The notes below the pieces were generated by a model. The model had not been told where the DNA came from and searched no databases. It saw only the letters and a program-made list of their open reading frames with translations. The position numbers and the translations under genes were made by a program. Positions 8,028 through 18,328 of a stretch of 52,322 nt of DNA are shown here, piece after piece; position 1 is the stretch's first letter; each line of letters opens with the position of its first letter. Source of the stretch: Candidatus Scatenecus faecavium (GTDB taxonomy: Bacteria > Cyanobacteriota > Vampirovibrionia > Gastranaerophilales > Gastranaerophilaceae); NCBI GenBank assembly GCA_018716745.1, contig DVJO01000153.1, positions 1 through 52,322 of the forward strand, written 5' to 3'.

Positions 8028-9413
8028 TTAAAATATCTTATAAGGATTCAAAATATTATCAGGGTCAAAGGTTTTCTTGATTGTCCGCATGTATTCAAGT
8101 GCAAGCGGGTTTACAACCATGTGAATATAATCCCTTTTTAATGCCCCGATTCCATGTTCGCCAGATAAAATCCCGTCCAAACGTGCAGTCAAATCATAAA
8201 TTTCTGATTTTGCAAGCTTAAACCTGCGATATTCCTCCGCGTCTCTGTAATCTATGGGAATTTGCGGGTGCACGCTTCCGTCGCCGACATGCCCGACCAT
8301 ACAAACCTCAAGTTTATACTTTGTGCAAATTTCACGAATTCCTAACACGAGTTTTGCCAAATTTTCACGCGGAACAATCACATCATCAGTTGTTACATTC
8401 GGCCTCAACTTTGCACACGCGCCCATTGATGAACGTCTTGCTGTCCAAATTTTATTGTACTCGTCTTCAGTTGTTGAACATTGGATTGCAGAAGCGTTTG
8501 AACCTCTCAATATATTTTTAATGATTTCACTCTGGTATTCAACAGCATTTGAAAATCCGTCAACTTCAATTATCAAAGCAGCTTCTTTGTCTGTTAAAAG
8601 ATTCGACGGGTAGAATTTTTCGACTGTTTGAATTGCGTTTTTGTCCATGAAATCAATTGTTGTCGGAAAAACTCTTTGTTCAATTATGCTGTCGACGGCC
8701 GTAACAGCTTCTTCAATCTTGTCAAAATATGCCATCAAAACACGATGAGTTTCGGGTTTTGGAATAAGTTTGACAGTCGCTTCGACAACTATTCCAAGCG
8801 TGCCTTCGCTTCCGATAAAAAGGCTTCCGAGATTGTAACCGGTCGCGTTTTTGATAGTATTTGAACCGGTTTGCAAAATTTCACCGTCTGCCATCATGAC
8901 TTTCATATCAATTATGTAATCTTTTGTCGAACCGTATTTGAAAGTTCTCGCACCGCCAGAGGATTGCGCAATGCTTCCGCCGATTGTTGAAACTGCAAGG
9001 TTTGACGGGTCTGGCGGATAATAAAGCCCAACATTTTCGGCCTGCTTTTGAAGTTCGCCGACAATTACACCCGGCTGAACACGTGCGGTCATGTTTTGAC
9101 GGTTAAGTTCAAGTATTTTGTTCATCTTTGAAAAGTTGAGAATTATTCCGCCATGTTCTGCAAGGCATGCTCCGACGACATTCGTTCCGGCGCCGCGGCA
9201 GATTAACGGGATTTTATATTTTTTTGCAATTCTCACGACGGCCTGAACCTCTTCAATGCTTTGCACAAAAACAACCGCGTCTGCAAGATTTTTTATTGAA
9301 GGAATGTTCGTGGCATCCTGACTGTATGCGTAGCGTTCTTCCAATTCAGAAAGCACGTTTTCGCGGGGTAAAATGTTTTTCAAGTCTTTTATTATATTGT
9401 TTTTAGTCAACAT
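8028..9413 (-). CDS. FAD-linked oxidase, GlcD / D-lactate dehydrogenase family
   Basis: FAD-binding PCMH-type N-terminal half (RGAGTNVVGACL, GGSIAQSSGG) and a C-terminal 'GEHGIGALKRDY' motif. Confidence 0.85.
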   Translation of the reverse strand: MLTKNNIIKDLKNILPRENVLSELEERYAYSQDATNIPSIKNLADAVVFVQSIEEVQAVVRIAKKYKIPLICRGAGTNVVGACLAEHGGIILNFSKMNKILELNRQNMTARVQPGVIVGELQKQAENVGLYYPPDPSNLAVSTIGGSIAQSSGGARTFKYGSTKDYIIDMKVMMADGEILQTGSNTIKNATGYNLGSLFIGSEGTLGIVVEATVKLIPKPETHRVLMAYFDKIEEAVTAVDSIIEQRVFPTTIDFMDKNAIQTVEKFYPSNLLTDKEAALIIEVDGFSNAVEYQSEIIKNILRGSNASAIQCSTTEDEYNKIWTARRSSMGACAKLRPNVTTDDVIVPRENLAKLVLGIREICTKYKLEVCMVGHVGDGSVHPQIPIDYRDAEEYRRFKLAKSEIYDLTARLDGILSGEHGIGALKRDYIHMVVNPLALEYMRTIKKTFDPDNILNPYKIF

Positions 9414-12400
9414 AAGCTGCCAGCTTTTCTATTCCTTGTGAAAGTTTGTTTAATTTACTGTCAAGATTTTCAAGCTTTTCATCCAGCATTGAAATTTTCT
9501 CATCCAGATACATCATTTTTTCATCTACTGAATTTATTTTATCATCAAAAATTTCAATTTTACGATTTAACGCTGTATCTTCATGATTTTCGACAGCATG
9601 CAAAACTGCTTCAAGTTTGCTTTCAAGGTTGTTAATCTTTTTCTGCTGTTCTGTGAATTTTTTCTCAAAAGCTGAAACGATTTCTTTATTGTCAATCATT
9701 GTTTTAAGAAGGCATAATTCAGAATTCATCAAGGAAAGATTTGATGTATCCGTAGAAATTGTATCAAGTTTTTCGCTCGCCTCGTCAATCCATTCTCCAA
9801 GATAAAGCATAACCTGGCGCATTATATTATCAGAATTTGCACTTGAGGTAACAGCGTCATTAATGTTGTCGAGTTTTTTCTCAATAATCTCGTTAATTCC
9901 GCTGTTATCAAGAACATCAATACGTTTTTGCAGCTGGTTTGTGACGCGGCTGAATTCATCAAGCCCGTCGGTCAATGCTTTATAGGATTCGTCAGAGGTC
10001 AGAAGAAGTTTGTTAGTTCTTGCGCTAAGGCTTATGACATCTGCATTAATTTTTTCGATATCGCTTTTCAGCTCAAGGATTTGTTCTTCTGTCAGGCTGC
10101 TGTGAAGCGTATTTACAGAAGCTGCAATCTTGTGCATATTTTGCGAAATTTCATTAATTTCGTCTTTTGAAGTTGACGCTGAAATATCATTCAAAATTAT
10201 ACGGAGTTTTGCGATGTCTGATTCGATATCCTGCATTGTGTAAGAATAATCCCATGCTTCGGAACTGCAGGCGATGTTGCTTAACTGCTGCTTGACATCA
10301 AGAAGATTTTTATTAATTTCGTCGGTTCTTTCTTCAACGAAATCCTTGATTTCTTCAGTTTCTTCGGCAAACGTAATCTGGTCGGCAACAGCCAGAATAG
10401 CGTTCATAACCGAATCTTTGATATCACTTGCATTCTTTTCAAAATCAAGGCCGGAAAGGCGGTTTTCCAAATCTTCAAGATATTTGTCAACATTGTCGGA
10501 GCGTTCGCTGCTGCCGAATTGTTCAATTTGTTTGCGCTGCTCGACAATCAGTCCTTTGATATCCTGAATTTCTGAATATAAATCATCGTCTTCGGAAGAA
10601 GCAAGAATATCAACTTTTTCATGAAGCGCCTGCACCATATTTTCTATTTTTTCTTCGTTATCCGATAATGCAATGACATCAACTTTGTCGTGAAGAGATT
10701 TAAGGCCTTCTTCTATATTTTCAAGCTTTATATCATCTGCTGAAAATGCAAGTACATCCACTTTTTCATGAAGAGATTTGATATCATTTTCTATTTCATC
10801 AAAGTTGATGCTTCCGTCTATCAAATTAAGTGTTTCAATTTTGTCGCGGATTGATTTAATTGAGGTTTCAATATCTTCAATTTTTGAAGTATCATCTGAC
10901 ATTGCAAGAACATCAATTTTATTGCTTACGGTTTCAACTGCATTTTCAATATCTTTTAATTTGTCACCGCTTATGTCAGGCGAAATCAGTGTGTCAATTT
11001 TCTCTTGAACTGAATCTATTAAATCTTCAAAATTTGCTGATGGGTCTGACATTGCGAGAATATCAACTTTTTCATTCAATGCGTTTATGCTTGCAGAAAG
11101 TTTTTCAGCGTCAGCTGCAGAAGTGTTTTTGATTGAAGCAAGTTCAGATTTCAAACCTGTTTTAAACGATTCTATGTTAGAAATAATTTTGTTTGCTCCG
11201 GCAGCAGAATTTGTTTTTATTTCATCAGTAAACTCTTTTAATGAACCGCTGATAACAAGTTCACTGTTTTTTGAATCCATATCAATCTTGGCTTCAATTC
11301 TTTTTAAATCATTTTTCCAGCTTTCTAAAAGTTCATTAGTTTTGTCAAAATTATTCGCAATATTGCTTTCAACCTCCGTGATTGTCGAGGTCATAACACC
11401 AATTTGGTTAAGACTTAAATCATTTATGACTTCTTCAACACGTGAAAATTTATCAACAAGAGTTTGATACGCGTCATTTAGCTGAACATAATTATCATGA
11501 TTTTCAGCCATATTCTCATTTACATCAGCCGAAAAATTCAGATATGAAAGCTCTATTTGTGATTTTATATTATCAATTATTTTATTAAAATCAGTGTTTA
11601 CAAAATTGTCGATAGATTCCTTCAAAGGAATAAAGTCATTAGATAAAGCTTCAGTTCTTGCTGTAATAATTTCTGAAATATCCGTATTTACAAGACCTAT
11701 TTCCTGTTTTAATCCGTCGATTTTATTTTGGAGATTTTCACCAAAATCATTAATTCGGTCAAAGTTTTTCAAATTATTATCGTTCAGAAGTTCTTGTAAG
11801 ATTAAAAACTTATCTTCAAGAATTGCGGCATTGTGCTGCAAAGAAGAAGTAACATTTCCGTTTACATCATCTTTAATATCGCTTATGTTTACCAGAACAT
11901 CTTCAAATTTTGCTTGTATTTCGTTTAAAGTTGCAAGAATTTTTTCTGATGCTTCATCGTCAGCTTTAGGAAGGCTTTCAATAAATTTCGCAAGTTCGGC
12001 TTTAACAGAAGAAATTTCTTCAAGTGAAGTTTCAAGTTTATCGCCGGTTTCTTTTGAAACATAATCCACAGATTTTGCATAATCGGCAATTTTATTCTGA
12101 ACCATCATCAGGTTATCGCCAAAATTTTCACCTGCCTCGCGAAGTGCGGTTTCAACAGCAAGAAGTTTTTCTGTAAGTGCTTCAAACTCTGCGTCATAAT
12201 TATTTTTGTCTTCTTCTTTTGAATTGCATTCCTTTAACACGGAAATATAATTTTCAAGGCTGTTCATCTGCTCATTTAAAGCAACCTGAAATTTCTCCGT
12301 ATTTTTAGAAAACTCAGCCTCAAGATTTTTAATACTGCCTGATAAAGCCGCAAATTCTGCCGCATTTTGTTTTTTATCCTCATTTGAGTTTTCGATAAAA

Positions 12401-14709
12401 TCCCTGACCATTTCAAAATTATTGTCAAGTTCAGTGGACAAATCTACCCCCACAGTGTCAATTTTTGCTGAAACTGTTGAAATTTCGGAAATTATATTGC
12501 CTGTATTGGTCTGCGCGTCTGAAACAATTTTTGTGCCGAGTTCATCAAACTGCTGCCTGCTTTCGTTTTCAGCAAAAGATACAGCATCACGTATTGCTGA
12601 AAAATTACTGTTCAATTCGCCTGATAAACTTTCGTTCAGGCTGTCGATTTTTGATGATGCGGCATTAATTTCATTTATTATTCCGCTTGCATTTTCTTGT
12701 GAAACATTTACTAATTTTTCATCCAATTCTGCCAGCTGGCGGCGGTTTTCGCTGTCGGATGCTGTCAGCATATCGCGTATAGTTTGAATATTACCATTCA
12801 ATTCGCCGGACAAACTCTCGTTTAAGCTGTCAATTTTTGATGATGCAGCACTAATTTCATTCATTATTCCGCTTGCATTCATTTGAGAAACAGAGGTGAA
12901 TTTTTCCTCAAATTCTGATATCTGGCGGCTGTTTTCACTTCCGGAAACAGTTATCATATCGCGCATTGATTGGAAATTTTTGTCAAGGTTTTCTGTCAAA
13001 CTTGAATTTAAAGAATCAATTCTGCCCGCCGACTGTTCGATATTTGCAAGAAGGTTCTCAACATTTTTTGCTGAAATTGAAGTAAAAACATTTCTCAAAT
13101 CATTTAACTGCTCTTTTAAAAGTTCCATCTGCATGTCAAGATTTTTCAAAACATTTTCGGAAGTGCTGCTGCTTAAATTTTCAACAATTGAACGCGTTTG
13201 ATTTGCTGCATCTTCAACGATTTCTGCCAGAAGCCCGCGATTATCAATATTGGATTGCTCAAGCGTGTATTTTAAAGCTTCAAAGCTTGAACAAAATCCG
13301 TTTAAATTATCCTTAAGCTCTGACAGGTCACCGTCAAGACGGTTGTTGAAGTTTGAAAAATTAGTCTCCTGATGAGAGTTGAAAGCCGTCATGTTCTCCA
13401 AAATTCTTGAAATTTCAGATTTGATATCGCTCATTTCCGACAAAGAATTGCCAAGTTTAATACTGTTATCTTCAGCAAAAGTTTCTATTGATTTAATACT
13501 TTCTTCAACTTTTGCCTGCAATTCGCCGAATCTGTCCTGAAGCATTGACGAACCGCTTGCAATCAGAATGTCAAGATGGTCAAGCTTTGACTGGAGATTT
13601 TCTTCAATTCCGCCATGTCTTTCATCAACATATTTTTTGAAATCGTCAATCACAACGCCAAGTTCTTTAATCTTTGAACTTACAAGATTAATATAACTTT
13701 CGTTTTGCGATGAAATTGTTGTATCTATTTTTCTTATGTCATCAGAAAGTTTTTCAAGATTTTCGAATTTTTGACGTGCCAGACTATCGTCTTCGACCGC
13801 ATTAACAGCTTGCGACTGTTTGATTTCGTCAATGCAGTTTGAAAGAACATCACGGACAGAATTTAAATATTCTGAAAGCCCTTTTGAAACATTTTCATTA
13901 AAACTCAAAAGTTCGTTTCTATTTTTTTCAATTTCTGAAATTATTTTTTCAGTATTATCAGAAGCCTGATTATCAGAGGAATCAAGTTTTTCTGAAACCA
14001 GAGCAATAGAATTGTCAATTTTACCGGCAAGATTTATTAAATCTTCTTTTGCAACGATATTTTTTGCAATATCATCATTTTTTTGGTCAAGTATCTCCAT
14101 TGAAGAAAGAACCGCATTTACTGCCAAATAAATATTTTCAAGTTCCCTTTTGATAATATCATTCTGCTCTGTAGCATCCATTGTCATAAGGTTTTTGGTA
14201 ATATTTCTGAGGCTGGAATTCACCTCCATAATTGAAGCCTGCAAGCCTCTATTAACTTCATCAATGCCATCTTTTACGACTGCAACTCTTTCAAGAATTT
14301 CGTCTTTTCTTGAAGTATCATTTCGGAATTCATCCAAATTTGTTTCAATATCATTTATTAAGGATTGCTGCTGTGTAATTTCTTGCGTAAAATGGTCGAT
14401 ATTTTCATTAAGAAGGTTAAACATCATTTTCAGGTCAGAATTTGTTACTAACAAATCATGACGTTGATTTATTTGTTCAAAAGCGTCTTTAATGTTCTCA
14501 AATTTTTCTGTCACAAACCGATAGCGGTTATCTAAATCAGTTTTTACATCCTGCAGAGTTGTTTTTATCAGCTCTGCTGTAATGCCGTCGTTTGCAATAT
14601 CTTCAAGCTTCGAATTTATCTCTGTTAAAGTTTTGCCGAACATATCATTGCTCACCTGATTTTCAGCTCTTATCGAATTTAAAATATCATCAATTTCAGT
14701 TTGTGCCAT
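9403..14709 (-). CDS. Giant acidic coiled-coil repeat protein, 1768 aa, function unknown
   Basis: Uninterrupted ORF rich in E/D/S/N/I/L/K with heptad-like patterns, and no signal peptide or TM segment. Four tandem ~62-aa repeats (186-nt DNA period, ~12400..13150). At least six ~30-aa 'KVD(V/I)LA.SD' repeats (~10560..11110). Its stop overlaps the start of the GlcD-like gene by 11 nt. Confidence 0.8.
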   Translation of the reverse strand: MAQTEIDDILNSIRAENQVSNDMFGKTLTEINSKLEDIANDGITAELIKTTLQDVKTDLDNRYRFVTEKFENIKDAFEQINQRHDLLVTNSDLKMMFNLLNENIDHFTQEITQQQSLINDIETNLDEFRNDTSRKDEILERVAVVKDGIDEVNRGLQASIMEVNSSLRNITKNLMTMDATEQNDIIKRELENIYLAVNAVLSSMEILDQKNDDIAKNIVAKEDLINLAGKIDNSIALVSEKLDSSDNQASDNTEKIISEIEKNRNELLSFNENVSKGLSEYLNSVRDVLSNCIDEIKQSQAVNAVEDDSLARQKFENLEKLSDDIRKIDTTISSQNESYINLVSSKIKELGVVIDDFKKYVDERHGGIEENLQSKLDHLDILIASGSSMLQDRFGELQAKVEESIKSIETFAEDNSIKLGNSLSEMSDIKSEISRILENMTAFNSHQETNFSNFNNRLDGDLSELKDNLNGFCSSFEALKYTLEQSNIDNRGLLAEIVEDAANQTRSIVENLSSSTSENVLKNLDMQMELLKEQLNDLRNVFTSISAKNVENLLANIEQSAGRIDSLNSSLTENLDKNFQSMRDMITVSGSENSRQISEFEEKFTSVSQMNASGIMNEISAASSKIDSLNESLSGELNGNIQTIRDMLTASDSENRRQLAELDEKLVNVSQENASGIINEINAASSKIDSLNESLSGELNSNFSAIRDAVSFAENESRQQFDELGTKIVSDAQTNTGNIISEISTVSAKIDTVGVDLSTELDNNFEMVRDFIENSNEDKKQNAAEFAALSGSIKNLEAEFSKNTEKFQVALNEQMNSLENYISVLKECNSKEEDKNNYDAEFEALTEKLLAVETALREAGENFGDNLMMVQNKIADYAKSVDYVSKETGDKLETSLEEISSVKAELAKFIESLPKADDEASEKILATLNEIQAKFEDVLVNISDIKDDVNGNVTSSLQHNAAILEDKFLILQELLNDNNLKNFDRINDFGENLQNKIDGLKQEIGLVNTDISEIITARTEALSNDFIPLKESIDNFVNTDFNKIIDNIKSQIELSYLNFSADVNENMAENHDNYVQLNDAYQTLVDKFSRVEEVINDLSLNQIGVMTSTITEVESNIANNFDKTNELLESWKNDLKRIEAKIDMDSKNSELVISGSLKEFTDEIKTNSAAGANKIISNIESFKTGLKSELASIKNTSAADAEKLSASINALNEKVDILAMSDPSANFEDLIDSVQEKIDTLISPDISGDKLKDIENAVETVSNKIDVLAMSDDTSKIEDIETSIKSIRDKIETLNLIDGSINFDEIENDIKSLHEKVDVLAFSADDIKLENIEEGLKSLHDKVDVIALSDNEEKIENMVQALHEKVDILASSEDDDLYSEIQDIKGLIVEQRKQIEQFGSSERSDNVDKYLEDLENRLSGLDFEKNASDIKDSVMNAILAVADQITFAEETEEIKDFVEERTDEINKNLLDVKQQLSNIACSSEAWDYSYTMQDIESDIAKLRIILNDISASTSKDEINEISQNMHKIAASVNTLHSSLTEEQILELKSDIEKINADVISLSARTNKLLLTSDESYKALTDGLDEFSRVTNQLQKRIDVLDNSGINEIIEKKLDNINDAVTSSANSDNIMRQVMLYLGEWIDEASEKLDTISTDTSNLSLMNSELCLLKTMIDNKEIVSAFEKKFTEQQKKINNLESKLEAVLHAVENHEDTALNRKIEIFDDKINSVDEKMMYLDEKISMLDEKLENLDSKLNKLSQGIEKLAAYVD

Positions 14710-14876
14710 TTGCGCTTTCCCTTAATAAATTTATATCCCTACTGCAACATTTTAGCAGAACAACCCTGCTGAGAGCAAAAATATTAAGGGATATTATTAC
14801 AATTGTAAAGATAAAGTTACTCTTTAAAAATTTAAGTGCTATAATATATTTTAAGACATGTATTAAAGAGGTGCTG

Positions 14877-15089
14877 ATGAGCCACATAATTATCGACAAA
14901 AATAAATGCAAAGCTTGTTATTTATGCATAAAAGAATGTCCTAAAAATTTATTAAAAGTGAGCAGTGAAACAAATAATCTTGGAAACCGTGTTGTAGAAT
15001 TTTCAGATCCGGAAAACAAATGCATAGGGTGTGCAATGTGTGCGACAAGATGTCCCGATTTAGCGATTACGGAAGTTTACAGAGGTTAA
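14877..15089 (+). CDS. 2-oxoacid:ferredoxin oxidoreductase delta subunit (2x[4Fe-4S] ferredoxin)
   Basis: Two CxxCxxCxxxCP motifs (CKACYLCIKECP, CIGCAMCATRCP). RBS AGAGG upstream of ATG 14877. The tracked ORF start at 14592 is an upstream over-extension. Confidence 0.8.
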   Translation: MSHIIIDKNKCKACYLCIKECPKNLLKVSSETNNLGNRVVEFSDPENKCIGCAMCATRCPDLAITEVYRG

Positions 15090-15091
15090 TT

Positions 15092-16159
15092 ATGACAACG
15101 CAGTGTATTACAAATAAACAAGTTTTGACAAAAGGGAATTATGCGATTGCACAAGCTGCAATTCTGGCAGGATGTGAATGTTATTTTGGATACCCGATTA
15201 CACCGCAAAGTGAAATCGGTGAATTTATGAGCGGCAAAATGCAGGAATTAAAAAGAGCTTACGTTTGTGCTGAAAGCGAACTTGCTGCAATTAATATGGT
15301 AATAGGCGCCTGTTCAACCGGCGCTAAGGCAATGACATCCTCTTCCAGCTGTGCAGTGGCATTAATGCAGGAAGCTCTTTCTTATGCAACAGCAGACCAG
15401 CTGCCTGTTGTATTAATAAGCGTAATGCGTGGCGGCCCGGGTTTGGGAAATATTTATCCATCCCAGGGCGACTATTTTCAGGCGACAAAAGGTGGTGGAA
15501 ATGGTGATTACAAACTTATAGTTCTTGCACCTTCTACTGTTCAGGAATGTGTTGATTTAACTTACAAAGCTTTCTATCTTGCACATAAATACAGAAATCC
15601 TGCTGTGCTTTTGGCTGATGGACTTCTGGGACAGATGATGGAGCCTGTTGAGTTTAAAGAGTATCCGTATCCGCAGATTGATAATTCAGATTGGGCTTTG
15701 ACCGGCGCAAAAGGAAGAAACGGACGCGTAATCCGCTCTTACGCTCCGCTTGCGGAAAACCAGTGTGAATTTTTGGAGAAACTTTACGCAAAATACAGAG
15801 CTATTGAAGAAAACGAAACCGAATGGGAAGAAATCGGAACAGAAGACGCTGAGGTAATTCTTGTAAGCTTTGGCAGCACCTCGCGAAACGTTAAAACCGC
15901 AATGAAAATCTGCCGCGAAAAAGGAATTAAAGCCGGTTTCTTCAGACCTGTAACCCTTTTCCCGTTCCCGAACAAACGACTAAATGAATTAGCAGAAAAA
16001 ACTAAAAAATTTATTACTGTTGAAGTCAACATGGGACAGATGATTAATGATGTAAGACTTGCTGTCAACGGAAAAGCTCCTGTTGAACTTATTCACAAAC
16101 CGGTAGGCGCACCGCCTGCTCCGGAAGAAATCGCAGCACAAATTGAGGATTTAATATAA
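15092..16159 (+). CDS. 2-oxoacid:ferredoxin oxidoreductase alpha subunit
   Basis: 'GNYAIAQAAILAGCECYFGYPITPQSEI' is typical of Kor/Por/Vor alpha subunits. ATG lies 2 nt after the delta stop. Confidence 0.85.
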   Translation: MTTQCITNKQVLTKGNYAIAQAAILAGCECYFGYPITPQSEIGEFMSGKMQELKRAYVCAESELAAINMVIGACSTGAKAMTSSSSCAVALMQEALSYATADQLPVVLISVMRGGPGLGNIYPSQGDYFQATKGGGNGDYKLIVLAPSTVQECVDLTYKAFYLAHKYRNPAVLLADGLLGQMMEPVEFKEYPYPQIDNSDWALTGAKGRNGRVIRSYAPLAENQCEFLEKLYAKYRAIEENETEWEEIGTEDAEVILVSFGSTSRNVKTAMKICREKGIKAGFFRPVTLFPFPNKRLNELAEKTKKFITVEVNMGQMINDVRLAVNGKAPVELIHKPVGAPPAPEEIAAQIEDLI

Positions 16160-16914
16160 TGGCAACACAAGTTTTTAAAATACCGGAAACCTTCAGAGAA
16201 AACACTAAATATTCCTTCTGCCCGGGCTGTGACCACGGCGTTGCAATAAGACTTGTGGCTGAAGTTCTTGAGGAACTGAATTTAAAAGAAAAAACAATTT
16301 TGGCTGCTTCAATTGGCTGTTCTGTTACGGCTTACGACTTTTTAAATGTTGATTCTATCGAGGCGCCTCACGGAAGAGCGCTGGCTGAAGCAACAGGTGT
16401 AAAACGCGCCCGTCCGGACAAGTTTGTTTTCACTTACCAGGGCGATGGCGATTTTGCCTCAATCGGGCTGGCTGAAAGTTTACACGCGGCGCTTCGGGGC
16501 GAAAATTTAAGTGCGATTTGTATAAACAATACAACTTACGGCATGACCGGCGGACAGCTCGGCCCAACGACACTTTTAGGCCAAATTACAACAACATCTC
16601 CAACCGGCAGAAATGTCGAATATTACGGTTATCCGATAAAAATTGCCGAACATGTTGCGCTTTGCGACGGAACAGCATATTCAGCCAGAGTTTCGCTTGA
16701 CTCTGTTGCAAACATAAGAAAAGCTAAACAGGCAATAAAAAAAGCGTTTGAAGTCCAGCTCCTTGGTTTGGGTTTCGGTTTTGTGGAAATTCTCTCCACC
16801 TGCCCGACTAACTGGAAAATGTCACCGGAGGCAGCGCATGAAAGAGTTCGGGAGGAGATGATGAAAACCTTCATCCCAGGAGTATACAAAGATATTACAA
16901 ACAGCCAGCCTTAA
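16159..16914 (+). CDS. 2-oxoacid:ferredoxin oxidoreductase beta subunit (TPP-binding)
   Basis: 'FCPGCDHG' and the 'GDGD..SIG...NN..YGMTGGQ' TPP motif. Start overlaps the alpha stop. Confidence 0.85.
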   Translation: MATQVFKIPETFRENTKYSFCPGCDHGVAIRLVAEVLEELNLKEKTILAASIGCSVTAYDFLNVDSIEAPHGRALAEATGVKRARPDKFVFTYQGDGDFASIGLAESLHAALRGENLSAICINNTTYGMTGGQLGPTTLLGQITTTSPTGRNVEYYGYPIKIAEHVALCDGTAYSARVSLDSVANIRKAKQAIKKAFEVQLLGLGFGFVEILSTCPTNWKMSPEAAHERVREEMMKTFIPGVYKDITNSQP

Positions 16915-16976
16915 GGCTAACCGGCGGAAATTAATAATTTTCAGCTCAAGACAATAGATAAATAAGGGAAATAAAA

Positions 16977-17522
16977 ATGGAAAAGAATTTTATAATAGCA
17001 GGATTTGGCGGACAAGGCGTGTTATTAGCCGGTGAAGTTCTTGCAACTGCGTTCATGCTTGCAGGTAAAAAAGTTACCTGGTATCCGAGTTATGGTGCAG
17101 AGATGAGAGGCGGAACAGTAAATTGTGAAGTTGTTGCAAGCGACGAAGAGGTAAGTGCTGTAAACAAAATTGATACCGATTATGTTATTGCCTTAAATCA
17201 GGCTTCTTTTGACAGGTTCCTCAAAAAAATCAAAACCGGCGGTCATATGATTGCTAATTCAACTCTTGTAAAAGAGATTAAAAACAGAGCAGACATTAAT
17301 TACCTTTTTGCACCTATAACCAAGCTGGCCGAAGAATTAGGAAATGTCAAAATGGCAAATATTCTGGCAGTCGGGGTTCTTGCAAAGGCAAGTAAAATGG
17401 TTTCTATGGAGCACCTGATGCAGGCGCTTGATACAGTTCTTCCGCCTCATAGAAAAAACCTTCTTCCGCTGAATATAAAAGCCTTAAAAATAGGCTATGA
17501 GTATGATTTATTGCCGGCTTAG
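16977..17522 (+). CDS. 2-oxoacid:ferredoxin oxidoreductase gamma subunit
   Basis: 'IAGFGGQGVLLAGEVLA....YPSYGAEMRGG' gamma-subunit signature. Confidence 0.85.
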   Translation: MEKNFIIAGFGGQGVLLAGEVLATAFMLAGKKVTWYPSYGAEMRGGTVNCEVVASDEEVSAVNKIDTDYVIALNQASFDRFLKKIKTGGHMIANSTLVKEIKNRADINYLFAPITKLAEELGNVKMANILAVGVLAKASKMVSMEHLMQALDTVLPPHRKNLLPLNIKALKIGYEYDLLPA

Positions 17523-17576
17523 TCCGAAATCAACTAAAAAGTCGATTTAAAAAATTCGAATTGATATTATTCTTGT

Positions 17577-17834
17577 ATGGTAAAGTTCAAGAGGTCTTCA
17601 AAAGTGAAAAGAGAACTAATAAATACCATTAAAGAAAAAGAAGTTCAGTTGTCGAAATTAAAAGCACATATAGATAAAAGTTCTATATGCTCGGATCTTT
17701 ATAACAAAGTTGTTTTGGAAAAGGCAATCCTTAAAAAAGAGCTTGAAATGCTGGAAGAGAACAAATTCCTGAAAAAAATCAGGAGTGTACTTCCGCGGAA
17801 AAAAACGTTAATCTGCGACTATTTCAGAAATTAA
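17577..17834 (+). CDS. Small Lys-rich hypothetical protein (possibly not expressed)
   Basis: ORF only, with no clear RBS. Confidence 0.25.
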   Translation: MVKFKRSSKVKRELINTIKEKEVQLSKLKAHIDKSSICSDLYNKVVLEKAILKKELEMLEENKFLKKIRSVLPRKKTLICDYFRN

Positions 17835-17845
17835 CCTATTGTCAA

Positions 17846-18208
17846 CTATGATGAAGATAAATCTTCAACATATTTACAAGGAATATTTTGTTCTTTCAAA
17901 TAAGCAATCCCCCAATTATTCAGCTCAATAATAATTGGGATAAGGGTTTTACCTCTTTCAGAAAGACTATATTCTGTTTTAGGTGGAACAACCGGATATA
18001 ATTTTCTCTCTACAATGCCATCGGCTTCAAGTTCTTTTAGCTGTTGAATTAGCATTTTAGGTGTAGCTTGAGGTATGAGTTTTTGTAATTCATTGTATCT
18101 GAGTGTCCTTTGAATCAGATGACCAAGAATAATTCCTTTATACTTTCCGCCTATGATATCCATAGTTGCTTCAAGAGGACACTTGTATTCTGTCTTTATC
18201 TTTCTCAT
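17846..18208 (-). CDS. HxlR-family winged-helix transcriptional regulator
   Basis: 'CPLEATMDIIGGKYKGIILGHL...RYNEL...ITPKML.QQLKELEADGIV.R' HxlR pattern. Divergent from the MBL hydrolase gene. Confidence 0.85.
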   Translation of the reverse strand: MRKIKTEYKCPLEATMDIIGGKYKGIILGHLIQRTLRYNELQKLIPQATPKMLIQQLKELEADGIVERKLYPVVPPKTEYSLSERGKTLIPIIIELNNWGIAYLKEQNIPCKYVEDLSSS

Positions 18209-18328
18209 AAAAACTCCTTTTAGTTACATTTTTGTTAATATTATACAAAAAAGTAAATATTATACAAATTAGTGTATTCTTGTTAAAAAGAAATAATAGT
18301 ATTAAAATAGGGAAAAAGGAGGATTATT

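Noticed and set aside
9438-14461. Many 60-156-aa plus-strand ORFs antisense to the giant coiled-coil gene
   Set aside because: These are shadow ORFs produced by the repetitive, stop-poor antisense of a GAA/GAT/AAA-rich gene. They have S/F/I-rich low-complexity translations and no RBS.
14592-14876. Upstream extension of the ferredoxin-subunit ORF (tracked start 14592) and of korA-like (15020), rplF (40305), minE (49488), minC (51242) and 36867
   Set aside because: The extensions lack an RBS, overlap promoters or neighbouring genes, and add non-conserved residues. Internal ATGs preceded by strong SDs match canonical N-termini.
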